A DNA stretch of 64,000 nt from Octopus bimaculoides (lineage: Eukaryota). The DNA is taken from positions 22,503,023-22,567,022 of the forward strand of contig NC_068992.1 of the NCBI RefSeq assembly GCF_001194135.2, in the 5' to 3' direction. The notes beneath the pieces were generated by a model, which ran no database searches, had not been told where the DNA came from, and saw nothing but the letters and a program-made list of their open reading frames with translations. Of the stretch, positions 51,880-64,000 are shown one piece after another. Each line of letters begins with the position of its first letter. The stretch's first letter is position 1. Both the position numbers and the translations under genes were made by a program.

Positions 51880-52080
51880 AAGGCGGAGAATCGTAGCATG
51901 CCAGGCAAAAATCTCTGCGGCATTACAACTGTTGTTACGTTCAGATTTGAAATTCCTCCGAAGTCGACTTCACCTTTCATCCCTAAAAAAAAAAATATAC
52001 AATTAATACTAGTGGAACCTTGGAGTGGATGTAATCAGTTTACCTCCCCCTCTGAAATTTCTGGCCTTGTGTCTTGTGCA
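51880..52080 (+). mobile_element. diverged SINE family B
   Basis: AAGGCGGAGAATCGTAGCATGCC..GAAGTCGACTTCACCTTTCATCC..TTTCTGGCCTTGTG. Confidence 0.75.
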
Positions 52081-52195
52081 ATGTTTAGAATAATATCTCA
52101 CATGTTAAAACACATGTGTTAATTATTAGAAAAAAGATGGAAAGAAAGAAGGATAGAATAGTAAGTGGGATTTAACTGCGATATTACATTAAACA

Positions 52196-52490
52196 AAAAG
52201 GGGACGAGCTGGCAGAATCGTTAGCATGCCGGGCGAAATACTTAGCGGTATTTCGTCTCCGTGAATTATTGTGAATTATTGTGAAAACTGCTGTGTTACT
52301 CTGTGAAAACTGTGGAAATTACTGTATGTTGTCTCCGTGAATAATTGTGATTTTTTTGTGGAATTATTGTTGTAACGTTTCACGCGAGCCGCTGTTTGGC
52401 GGTCGATAAAATCAGTACCAGTTACGCAATGGATTCGATGTAAACAACTTAATCCCACCTCCACAAATTTGAGGCATTGTATTTCCAGTA
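52196..52490 (+). mobile_element. SINE family B with an internal GTGAATTATT-type tandem expansion
   Basis: Head GACGAGCTGGCAGAATCGTTAGC..GGTATTTCGTCT, about 120 bp of GTGAA(A/T)-based repeats, then GGTCGATAAAATCAGTACCAGTT. Confidence 0.8.
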
Positions 52491-52839
52491 GCGGATCTAT
52501 TTCAAAACAGGAGCACCAGTATTTTCTTAACGAAACACTAACGAAACACTTTGAAACTTGGGACACTGGTAGAATGTGTCATATAAAACATCTTTTACTC
52601 TTAGTCTTCTTAACAAAAANNNNNNNNNNNNNNNNNNNNNNNNNNNNNNNNNNNNNNNNNNNNNNNNNNNNNNNNACTCTTAGTCTTCTTAACAAAAATA
52701 ACGTATATACACCGTTACAGCGCTAACTGTTTTCAACTGAATAGACGTCAGTGATTAGTAGAAATTATCGAAATAAGACAATTTTGTACATGAAATAAAT
52801 TCGAATACAAAAATTTTTTTCTGTTCTATAACACAAAAT

Positions 52840-52952
52840 AGATAAGTACTTAGAACGTAAAGACAGACGAAATCCCGCTAAGCGCACTGCCCGACGAAAT
52901 ACTGCTAAGCATTTCGCCCGGCGTGCTAACGTTTCTTCCAGCTGGCCGCCTT
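52840..52952 (-). mobile_element. SINE family B 5' part with an internal duplication
   Basis: GACGAAAT.C.GCTAAGC occurs twice (52866, 52893); head ends CCAGCTGGCCGCCTT. Confidence 0.85.
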
Positions 52953-53491
52953 GAGATGAAGGATAAATATCAGTATAAAATGTACTATTAACGCTGTTAT
53001 ATACAGCAGACACATCATATAAGAATATATATACACTATATTTTCTCTAACATTGTATTCATCCACCAGAATTTTATATGGATCCGATTCTTGCCTCCGC
53101 TTGCAGTTCCAGCGTCTATTGTTAAAAAAAAATATACTCCCATATTTTTACTTACATTAAACCGTAGATTTTTTTTTTTTCCAAAACTTCATGTTGTTCT
53201 TCCATATATAAGTCATAAATTTCCACAGAGAGCTTTTAAAAATATAAGGACTAAAACTGCATTATTCTAATAGTATCTCATAGTTTATGAGTTCCATTTG
53301 AACTTTTTTTTCGTTAAGAATATTCTTTTTTATTATAGTTTTTAGCTTTTATTCTTGCGTGCAAACGTCGACTGATTCCGATATGTTTGTTGTTACTGCT
53401 GTTTTTCTAGCTGATAGTTTGCAACAAACTTTTGAAATGTAACATGCTTCTGCGTTTTTATGTATGTATGAATGTATGTATGAGTGTATGG

Positions 53492-53522
<31 letters not shown>

Positions 53523-53703
53523 NNNNNNNNNNCAACAAAGTTGTTTATCGATTTTTCAGTCTCAGGTCATAACATGGAACCTGTTGTGAGTATTGAACAG
53601 GAAGAAAACAACTTGTTTTGTTTACGCTATGGTCTTTTCATTAACACATGCACCCAAACACAAGCACACACACGCACGCATGCACACACATGCACACCCG
53701 CAA

Positions 53704-53741
<38 letters not shown>

Positions 53742-53966
53742 ACACATGTATTTGTCTTGTTTTAACTTTGGAACAGAGATCTTTCACAATATCTTCTACG
53801 CAATTGCGTTTCAAGTAGACCAACCAGTAAAATTATACTGATGGATGAAATCTCAGATATCAGTGTATACACGCGCTCTCACACTCACAACACACTCACA
53901 CACACACACACACACACACATACACACACATACTCACACACGCCCTCATACACACATTCACACACG

Positions 53967-53997
<31 letters not shown>

Positions 53998-56900
53998 GCG
54001 CGCGCAACATATATATGAATCAATGCTACGTCAACTAAAGAAATACGCATGTAATAAAAATTGTATAACACTTCTTATTTTGAAATCTCATTTCTTGTGT
54101 CATTTGTACAAAGATATTTCACATTCAGACTTTAATCTCCTTCCCTATCGCAGTCCTTCTATGCAAAATATACATACTTCCATACACCCTTTCTCAATCT
54201 CCAGTGAAGAATAATCGCTTAAACTCTTAGGCATCAGGGAATATATATATATATATATTTCAAAAGATTTGTAAATGTACCACACGAGTAAGTAGATATT
54301 AANNNNNNNNNNNNNNNNNNNNNNNNNNNNNNNNNNNNNNNNNNNNNNNNNNNNNNNNNNNNNNNNNNNNNNNNNNNNNNNNNNNNNNNNNNNNNNNNNN
54401 NNNNNNNNNNNNNNNNNNNNNNNNNNNNNNNNNNNNNNNNNNNNNNNNNNNNNNNNNNNNNNNNNNNNNNNNNNNNNNNNNNNNNNNNNNNNNNNNNNNN
54501 NNNNNNNNNNNNNNNNNNNNNNNNNNNNNNNNNNNNNNNNNNNNNNNNNNNNNNNNNNNNNNNNNNNNNNNNNNNNNNNNNNNNNNNNNNNNNNNNNNNN
54601 NNNNNNNNNNNNNNNNNNNNNNNNNNNNNNNNNNNNNNNNNNNNNNNNNNNNNNNNNNNNNNNNNNNNNNNNNNNNNNNNNNNNNNNNNNNNNNCGTAAA
54701 TGTACCACACGAGTAAGTAGATAATAAAGATAAATAAAAATGAAAAGAACTTCGGCAACCCATTCAGTTAAAGCATTCTGTTGTTTATCTTTTCGGCAAA
54801 AATGTGTAGATAATGTCTCACATCAATCGCAATCGAACTACAAGCTTCAGGTATTCCCTCTCATAAACTTTATGAGAAGAGCTTGTCTCATTATTAGGCA
54901 TCCAATAAATTTTACTTTCGCTAATTGGAGAAAGCTTCTTCCTTGCTAAAATGTGACATGGAAGAAAACAGCTTTTCTGAAAACAAAATGAATCTGTTCT
55001 GTGTGGACAGCATAATAATCATTTCCTCCCCACGGTTTATCCTTTTGTAGAAGCATTTCCCAACTACTGTTTCGAAGAAGCTCCCCCATGTTTCTTAGCA
55101 AACGGTCAGCATTTATGTTTATATCTTTCTGGCCTATGTTGTACTATTGTGCCTATCAAGTAACCTGGAACATGTTTTTTCTGATACACTAAATTGTTCT
55201 TTTTTGCCAAATATGCTAAAATTTCTTATACCTTCACTTGTATCCTCACATTGACAAGGGGTTTGAGAAGAGAAGGCATTCTATTCTGATTTCATATAAG
55301 AAAGATCCTCCGCTGCACCCACACCTTCTTTTACTCTCGTTACTTTGTCTTTATTTCCTTTTAATCCAGGCATGCAATGCCCCTCTTTACCGGCGCGCCC
55401 CTGTATCTTTTTTCTTCATCTGAGGTATGAAAATGAATTATACAAATATTTGCAATGACGACGATATAGACAGAGGATATCATCTTAAAAGTTAAAATAT
55501 ATGAGACGTCCCTGCCATAACCAATTATACCGCTATATTATTCAATCTCAGTATATTTACATACATTTATGTACGTATTCAATGAGTCCACTTGTACTAC
55601 TCAGCCTAACACGCCTCTCTAAAGACATATCATGGTTAACTTTACTGTACAATTGACTAAAAATATGCTATGCATATTTTATTTTTTTACGCAACTAGGA
55701 AACTCGACCGATTTCCCATTATTAAATGCATTCGTTTGATCAATGAATTGTTTGCATGTATTTTGTGGCGCGTATTTGCACAGCCAACGAATTTCAACGT
55801 TGACACTGGCCGTTTGTGATGTGTGAAGCACACTGCGTGAATTTAAGTGAATGCTACTGCAGTCATAGATTTACTGCTTCTTTATATTATCTTGATAAAC
55901 ATTCTGGACAGTATTTACACGTACCACGTTCCCTTGTCTGGTTTCGTTTATTAAAACGCGGATCGACATTCTCACCAGCTTGTGGGATTTGATGGCAGAT
56001 TGCAATTAGCTTAATGGAGATAACTTCAAATTTCAAAACTTAATTTTAATTTCACTCTTTCATTTGATGCCTCCTTCTTTTTCCCCATTCTATACATCAC
56101 TGTACTAGACAAATAAACTGTGTGTCATAATGTCATGTGAAAAAGAATTTATGAAATATTTCTAAACTATAGAGCTTGATTGTATACGGCACGAATAACC
56201 AATGTTGTATGGTAAATTGCCGGGAATATCAAATATAAGAATAAGAATTGTCTAAAGAGCAACATTGACTTCAGGAATGGTCAAACTAGAAAAAGTCAAT
56301 AATGAATTTGCGAAAATACGCATTTACTGCCCTAAGTAAAATTGTACTTCCCTGTAGCAGCGAGAAGTATTCTATTATGCAAAGCGAATGGCAACAATGA
56401 GCAAGAAAGGGAAAAAAATATTTGAGAGCGAATTCTTTGCTAATTCTGAAGCATACTGCAAAAAATAAATATTCAAAACTTTCGTTTAGCAAAAATTCAC
56501 TACGCTTTGCTATATACTTGATAGCAAGAACAATATTGCTGTCCAAGGACTGTGTACAGACTAGAGATCACTTTAAATGTAATGGCTAGCATTCTTACCG
56601 TGCATTACCTCTAATTCATTTTGCTTTCTCAGAATTCTCCAAAATTATTTTTTCACTTGTATATCACAAACTCCTCACGTTCGTAGTTTCATTACAGACT
56701 CCTCCAAGTCTGAGTGCATTGGCAACCGCTATCCATTAGGTTCTAGCCGTATGCTTAATATTGCCAGGAGTAGGGAACATGTCTAAGAACTGTGGTAATG
56801 AAGATCTGTAACAAGAAAATGTAGAAAAATAAAAAAAAAGTTGAGTATATTATTTCCAAGAATCCTGATTGTTTCGATTTTTTCATTGAGAATTATTGTT

Positions 56901-58373
56901 ACATTTCTTAGGCTGCCTGAAACAGCTAATCCTCGCTGTTGCCACATAAAATCACTCGATGCCTTGCATGTCCCTACTGAGAAAAAAATAGGCTTTTAGC
57001 ATGTGGTCCAAAGACCATATCGCACAAAACCCGTGCTTCGAGTTCCTTTTAAATCTAAGACCAAAGTACTTCATTTGCACTTTTACTTACAGTACATTTA
57101 GAATATATACGACTACTATAATACATTGCGCCTTTTGCTATTTTTCTTATTATAAATCTATGATATTTTAGCAAATGCCTCCACCAACTGCGCCAAAAAT
57201 ATCTATATACCTATTTATCGACGAAAAATGGAAGTTAGCTTAATATTCAAATACAAATCAAATTTCATACTCGCCTTAGTTCTTTTTTGCAATTCTTACC
57301 CGGTTATTCCCCTACAATCTAGTAATTTTAAATACGATATAATAATAACAAATATATCCTTTGTGCAATAAAGATTTCAGCAAATACATCAAAATTATGA
57401 AGTAAATATATTGAGGTGAAATTGCATTTTCATCAAAGCGAATTTCTAACTTAAATCATGTATCTACTATGATAGAGGACTGGGTGGAAGGCACATTCAC
57501 TTTACAAACAATTGCGGTTAATATTACCAAATGCATGAATATGTGTGTGTGTGTGTGTGCGGGCATGCTTTTAGTCGTAGTCATAATAATTGCTTGTATA
57601 TATAAATATATATATATATATACATATATATATAACCATGCACATGTATGTTTATATATACTTATATGGTGTATGTATGACTGTATATATATATATATGT
57701 AGGCATGTATGTATTTATGTATGTATCTATCTGTTTATCTATCTGTCTATCTAGTATATTGTCATGAATACTTATGACGGCAGAAGGAAGCCTGTAAGCC
57801 ACACTCTACTAATAAATGTATGCGCACACAAATATACACTCTTGCATGGTCCCATAAATAAATCTATATGCACAAATAATTACATACATTTTTGTATATT
57901 AGTGTTTACATTTGTATACACGATGTATATTTATAGAGTTATTTATAAACATAAATATATAAACCTCCTTACTATCCTCTCACACTCAAATAGATCCACA
58001 TAGAAACACACACACATGCACAAATACATACAAATGCACACATATGTACGCACACAAGTCTTTCATTTTAAACCCAACACATATAACAATAAAACTATAT
58101 ATATACTTACATGTACATGACATATGAATATAAGACTATAGGCGTTGTATATACATTATATATAATTATATTTCAACCTATATTTCTGAGCGAATGTAGT
58201 TGGTTACCAATTACAAGAATACATTGTTAGGTTGACGAAATTGAATTTGCTATGATGAAAGCAATCCAAATTCTCTTCGATCAAATCTTTCCCTATCTAC
58301 CACGCAAACACTCACTTACACACACTCTCTCTGTTCATCTCTCTCTCTCTCTCACTCTCTCTCTCTCTCTCTC

Positions 58374-58408
<35 letters not shown>

Positions 58409-58584
58409 NNNNNNNNNNNNNNNNNNNNNNNNNNNNNNNNNNNNNNNNNNNNNNNNNNNNNNNNNNNNNNNNNNNNNNNNNNNNNNNNNNNNNNNNNNNN
58501 NNNNNNNNNNNNNNNNNNNNNNNNNNNNNNNNNNNNNNNNNNNNNNNNNNNNNNNNNNNNNNNNNNNNNNNNNNNNNNNNNNNN

Positions 58585-58627
<43 letters not shown>

Positions 58628-59207
58628 ACAAACAGGTTATAATTACATTACATCTATAGTGAATTTTATATGCACAAAACATTAAATAAAGCAAAAATAC
58701 ACAAACATCTGAAGAAAAAATAGTTTTATTTCTATTTAAAACTCTCAGAACTACAAAACAGCATCATACTCACTTATAATGATTCACGAGGATATGTGTA
58801 CGACGCACAAGCCTACGCCTGCTGCGCACATTGATATCAATGCAGTCGGTGCAGATACAAACTGATAGAGGTTGACAGTTAAATATATATGTATACACCC
58901 TTATATACATTTTTCTGAGTGTGTGTATATAAACGTAGCTATTGTGCGAAAGCTTACACAATTATAAAGTACAAAACTAGATGTTGTTAACATCGCATAT
59001 TTTCTTTTATTCAACGGAGATGGATTTCATTTTAATATAATGAGTTTCCGGCAAATGAATCTTAGATACTATAAAACACTGATGGATATTTAGGAATTAA
59101 GGTGTCGTAGGAGCAGTTCTTTTCTAAATTAATAACTGCCGGCTTGTAAGAAGACTATAACGCTTTTGCTGCTACGAATCTGACGATTTTATGGTCTGCT
59201 GCAGTCT

Positions 59208-59212
<5 letters not shown>

Positions 59213-59296
<84 letters not shown>
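59213..59296. repeat. (CTAT)n microsatellite
   Basis: Directly visible. Confidence 0.95.
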
Positions 59297-62200
59297 AATA
59301 TACTAGATAAACAGATAGATAAACAGATGGATATATACATACATGCTTGAAGAAACCGTCTTACGATTCTGTCCTGAAACATTCTAAATACATAGCCGTG
59401 GTACCGGCGCTGTATCATTTAAAGAACAGAGACGCCATTTTAAACGCATGTGTCTGTGGTAGCAGTTGATATTTCACAACCACAAAAGTAGTAGAAAAGA
59501 TTAAAATCGCGTGCGCCCGTCGGGCGTGTGCACGTGTGTGGTATGCGTGCGTGTTTGTGTGTAAAAAATGATGTACACTTGTTTCATTCAAACTTTATCC
59601 CAGATATGTTCTGTATATCATAACCAATCATTCTACAGTTCGTAAACTGAGCAGCAATCTGGGTGCCGACTGTATAATGAAAATTTACGTGCAGGTCTAA
59701 AATCAACGATAGCATTGTACACCTGACTGCACCAACAAAATATGCCATACACTATACACACACCTACATGCATCCATACATCCATATATATATATATATA
59801 TATATANNNNNNNNNNNNNNNNNNNNNNNNNNNNNNNNNNNNNNNNNNNNNNNNNNNNNNNNNNNNNNNNNNNNNNNNNNNNNNNNNNNNNNNNNNNNNN
59901 NNNNNNNNNNNNNNNNNNNNNNNNNNNNNNNNNNNNNNNNNNNNNNNNNNNNNNNNNNNNNNNNNNNNNNNNNNNNNNNNNNNNNNNNNNNNNNNNNNNN
60001 NNNNNNNNNNNNNNNNNNNNNNNNNNNNNNNNNNNNNNNNNNNNNNNNNNNNNNNNNNNNNNNNNNNNNNNNNNNNNNNNNNNNNNNNNNNNNNNNTATA
60101 TATATATATACATGTATCAATAAATACACATGGCTTTGTTTCTCTTTATTTTTGGAGTATACAAATGCTAATATACCATTATACATACACATACCTCTAT
60201 ATGCGTGTATAGTATAATATTCGAAATATATCTATATATGTGAAAATACTGCATGTGTTAGCATTTAAGAATTTCAATTCGCGTCTGATGTAAAAATAAC
60301 TCTCTTGTAAGTACGTCTGTAAGCAATTAATAAGGATAATGCCAGAATTGTTATTTAAATTGCAGGTGACTCGAAAACTGCTGTTATACATACGACGTTA
60401 GAAACAAGTATGACAAAGAAAAATGGTTGTGTTTTTTTCTTTTTTTTTAATATACTAATGCGAATATACCATTATATAATGAAAAGAACGCCTATTGTTG
60501 CAAGAGGTTTGAATAAATTTAAATTGGTACACTTATTCAGTGTTTTGCTGTGTGAGCTAGAATTAAGAATTTCTCAATGAAACATGAACTTGATATTGTA
60601 TAGGTTTTCTAAACATTAATATAATCATGCATGATAACTTAAATAAGTTTTACAAAAAATCTGAATAATAATAGTAGAAGGTTGCATCTTTTTAATGTTA
60701 CATAAGTTTAATTATGTTCATCATATTTAATCTTAAACGGATTTTCTCTCACCTATTTCAATATTTATCATTCTGATTAATAATAGGTGCATGTCTAGAC
60801 AACGTATATTTCTGGAATTTCGTGACAGATCTCTTGCTTGCACATAAGTTTTGTGAATGGCAAATTTATTTTGGAATGCCAGTGATCTTAGAAAGTTGTA
60901 ATTCGAATTATGGCTATTGTATATTTTTTATTATTAATGACGATAGTTAAGGCTAGTGTTTTGATAGAATCATTAGTGACTTAGCCAAAGTGACTTACTG
61001 TTATTGCTTTAGACTTTCATACACTGAGTTCTGATATCAAATTTTCATTCCTCCCGGATCAATATAATACTTGACAGTTTCTGTTGTCGATGTAATTGAA
61101 GAAACCTATCTCTCAAAAATTTTGGCCATAGTTCAATACTAACGATGAGAACGTGTTAGCAAACGTTCTAACTGCAGAGTAGATTATTTAACGTAAATTT
61201 GGTTTGAAAACTTGTTTCCCCTTCTCTATGAGCAATTTACTATTTTATGAGACGAAAGATTCTTTACTCATTGAAATAGTGTCATTCTTTGAACATGGTG
61301 CTTAAAACCATGTGTTCTTTGTCCTGCATTGTCTCTTGCTAGGTCGTGCATGCTTGTGATATTTCGAAATACGTTTTATCATTACGTACAACAATTCATT
61401 GAAACCTATTGCTACTGCTGTAGCTTTCCTATCCGCGAAGCCTCGTTGTATGAAGACTGGAATGACCGGGAGGGTCTCTAGATGTATTCGCTACCAAATA
61501 TGCTCCTAAAAGAACTAGCAAAAGCATAGAGCATGCTACCAAATTCCATTTGTTTTTAAGTAACCGCTATTATACATATATATATATAACAGTGAGCCAA
61601 AAGACATCTCGATCATAAGTTGCCTATAGCTTCTATTTTAACCATATAGAATATGTTATATGTTATATGAATATGTTATATGTTATATGAGTTAATACGT
61701 TTTTAAGTAAATATGTTTTTATAGGAGAAACTCCAAATTAGATATAATTGTGTGGATTCAAATTGAATGACTGTTAAGTGTTAGCAGATTAAATGTTGTG
61801 CAAATAATTGGGCAACGAGTATCAAAAACATTTTCGGTGAGCGCGTCAGACAACTTTGGATATGTTCAGGTATTTTATGACTTAAACTACGAAGAATAGT
61901 ATTACGCCATCGAACTTGTATATCTTCAGTTGTCGGCAGTGAAAAGCACGATGAACACGTGGTCTAATGTTTGTGATGGATGTGGAATAACTACGAATCT
62001 CCTATACGGCGTAACTGTGGCAGTTTTTTTTATACATTATATTAATCTAATGTTGCGTGATCCCTTAACGCTATATGTATCCTCGGGAAAAATAATTAAG
62101 ATTACACGTAAGTATGGAATACGTAACTAACTACATACTAATTGAATGAGTAGGCTATTCAGTTGATTAAAAATCTATAATAATTGTCATAATCTTACTT

Positions 62201-64000
62201 CGTTTACATTTGAGTGAAGATATATTATTTAATTATTTCTGTGCTATAGCTCGAGAATAAGCAGTTGAATTAATATCACCTGACGAAGAATAATCTTCAA
62301 AACAGTCAAACATAATAACTCTATTGAATTTAATCTGAAGATGGCAAGAGGTTGTGTGTTATTCTACAAGTTTTTACCTTTAGCTACCGAACGAATTAAA
62401 TTAAATAATGATTCATATTTAAACTGAAAATTAATTCGTTTTCAAAAGTAACAGAGAACTTATCTGTTCAAACATTTTGAAAACAGTTGGTTGATTCTCA
62501 ATAAATTTTTTGGCTGCCAGTCAAATTGATGTTATGCAAGATAACTTCACTATCGAGGCAGCAGTGAAGCTATTTGTATATTATTCTTTGAACATTCTCT
62601 AATTCTTGCGAATTTCATAGCAATAGGCACAAATAAACGCAAGCAGTAATAATATTAAAAATTGGTACTTTAAAGTATGAACAAAATACTAATCTAGACT
62701 GTATACTTGATTGAACTGACTATAGATTTTATAAAAAAAAAAAAAAAATAAGCATCCAGTTATTATTTTCTTCTTCCACTTAGTGTCTCCTCATTATCAT
62801 ACTGATGGCATTTAGACGCTGAGTTATTGGAGTAAATGAAATTTTTATAAGTATCTAACATGTTGAGTGTAGGTGCCAATCAAAGCATTCTATGGCAAAA
62901 AGTCCCTCTCTTCTATAATCTTACTGATGGTTATGGTAAATATGTAAACATGATGATCGTAAGGGTGAATATGGTAATGGAATTGGTGGTAATGGCGGTG
63001 GTGGGGATAATGGATCTCATCTCCTTCATCGATTTGACATCCTTCTTTCATTCTTGTAATCACAAGTGTTGGGTGTGTCTGATGTAAGCCAAAATTACAT
63101 TCGTCTGTGCTCCATCAGTCAATCAATCACTCAATGAATCAATGAATCAATGAATCAACCAAGGAACCTACCTACTTAACTGGTCTCTATATCTTTCTCT
63201 CTCTCTCTATACATATATATATATCCATCTGCATATACATATACATGCACACACACACACACACATATTATATAGATATTCATCTACCTATCTACTCTTC
63301 TTTCTATCTATTCAATTATCCAACTATCTTTTCTTGTCTCTTTTAGATTTTCTACTTAACAATAGTGTAGCGTTTTACTCTGATGTTCAATTTTGTCATG
63401 ATTTTCTATTCTGATCACTTACGTTCGTCTCCCCGCCCCTCCTCCCCAGCACAATGATTAACATACAATAATAACAACACTATCTCAAGTAGTTTCTTTA
63501 ACAAAGAATTTTGAAATATTTTTGCATCTTAAGTAATTTAAATTTTTGTTTGGAAAATACAATCTAAAATTCGATCTACCTAAGGATAGAAAATCTCGAA
63601 GCGCATATATTCAAGTACATAAGTTTGCAGATGTGATTCTCCTCATGACGACATAGGAAAATAGACAACAAAGTTTATCTAGGCATTGTTATTTCTGATC
63701 ATATTGCCAATAGTTTTCTATTGAATACATTCCTCTGGAACATATAGGATGTTCTTCACTGTCACAAAGAAATACATTTTTATAAAACATTTCGAATTTA
63801 GTTTAAAGAACTATTCTAACATTCCCGGTTATATTAAACAGCTATTTAATTTTCTTACGTAATCATCCTAGTAAGCAACAATCGGTCTAGTACTAGAGAT
63901 GCAGCAGATAAATGTGTATTGATAATAGTAGAAATCATAGTTGTATCAAATGTAAGATTAAGATGAAGGTGAAGAGAGGAATTTTACATATTCGAGATAA

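Noticed and set aside
59420-59530. YY1-like CGCCATTTT and CpG-richer patch as a promoter
   Set aside because: A single short motif with no evidence of a transcription start or downstream exon.

Overview
AT-rich, repeat-dense animal DNA from a short-read scaffold with 18 N-gaps, most of them next to microsatellites. The dominant tRNA-derived SINE families resemble those I recall from octopus, so a cephalopod (Octopus) intronic or intergenic origin is inferred. No host gene is recognisable; only a few low-confidence exon-like frames were found. The window contains two abundant SINE families (A, CORE-like with a central microsatellite; B, Deu/Nin-like), four mariner remnants and one further Tc1/mariner remnant, CR1/L2-group LINE fragments, at least three R4/Dong-type (RLE) LINE variants, a Penelope-like GIY-YIG remnant and many microsatellites. 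Most long ORFs in the supplied track are microsatellite or N artefacts. The most interesting signals are hidden RNA structures. (1) A complete minimal type I hammerhead fold at 10235-10285 (-) has the C3-G8 core pair swapped to G3-C8. (2) A tRNA-headed SINE-like element with a Penelope-type hammerhead tail occurs as a head-to-head inverted dimer at 22925-23660, with a third partial copy at about 46.0 kb.
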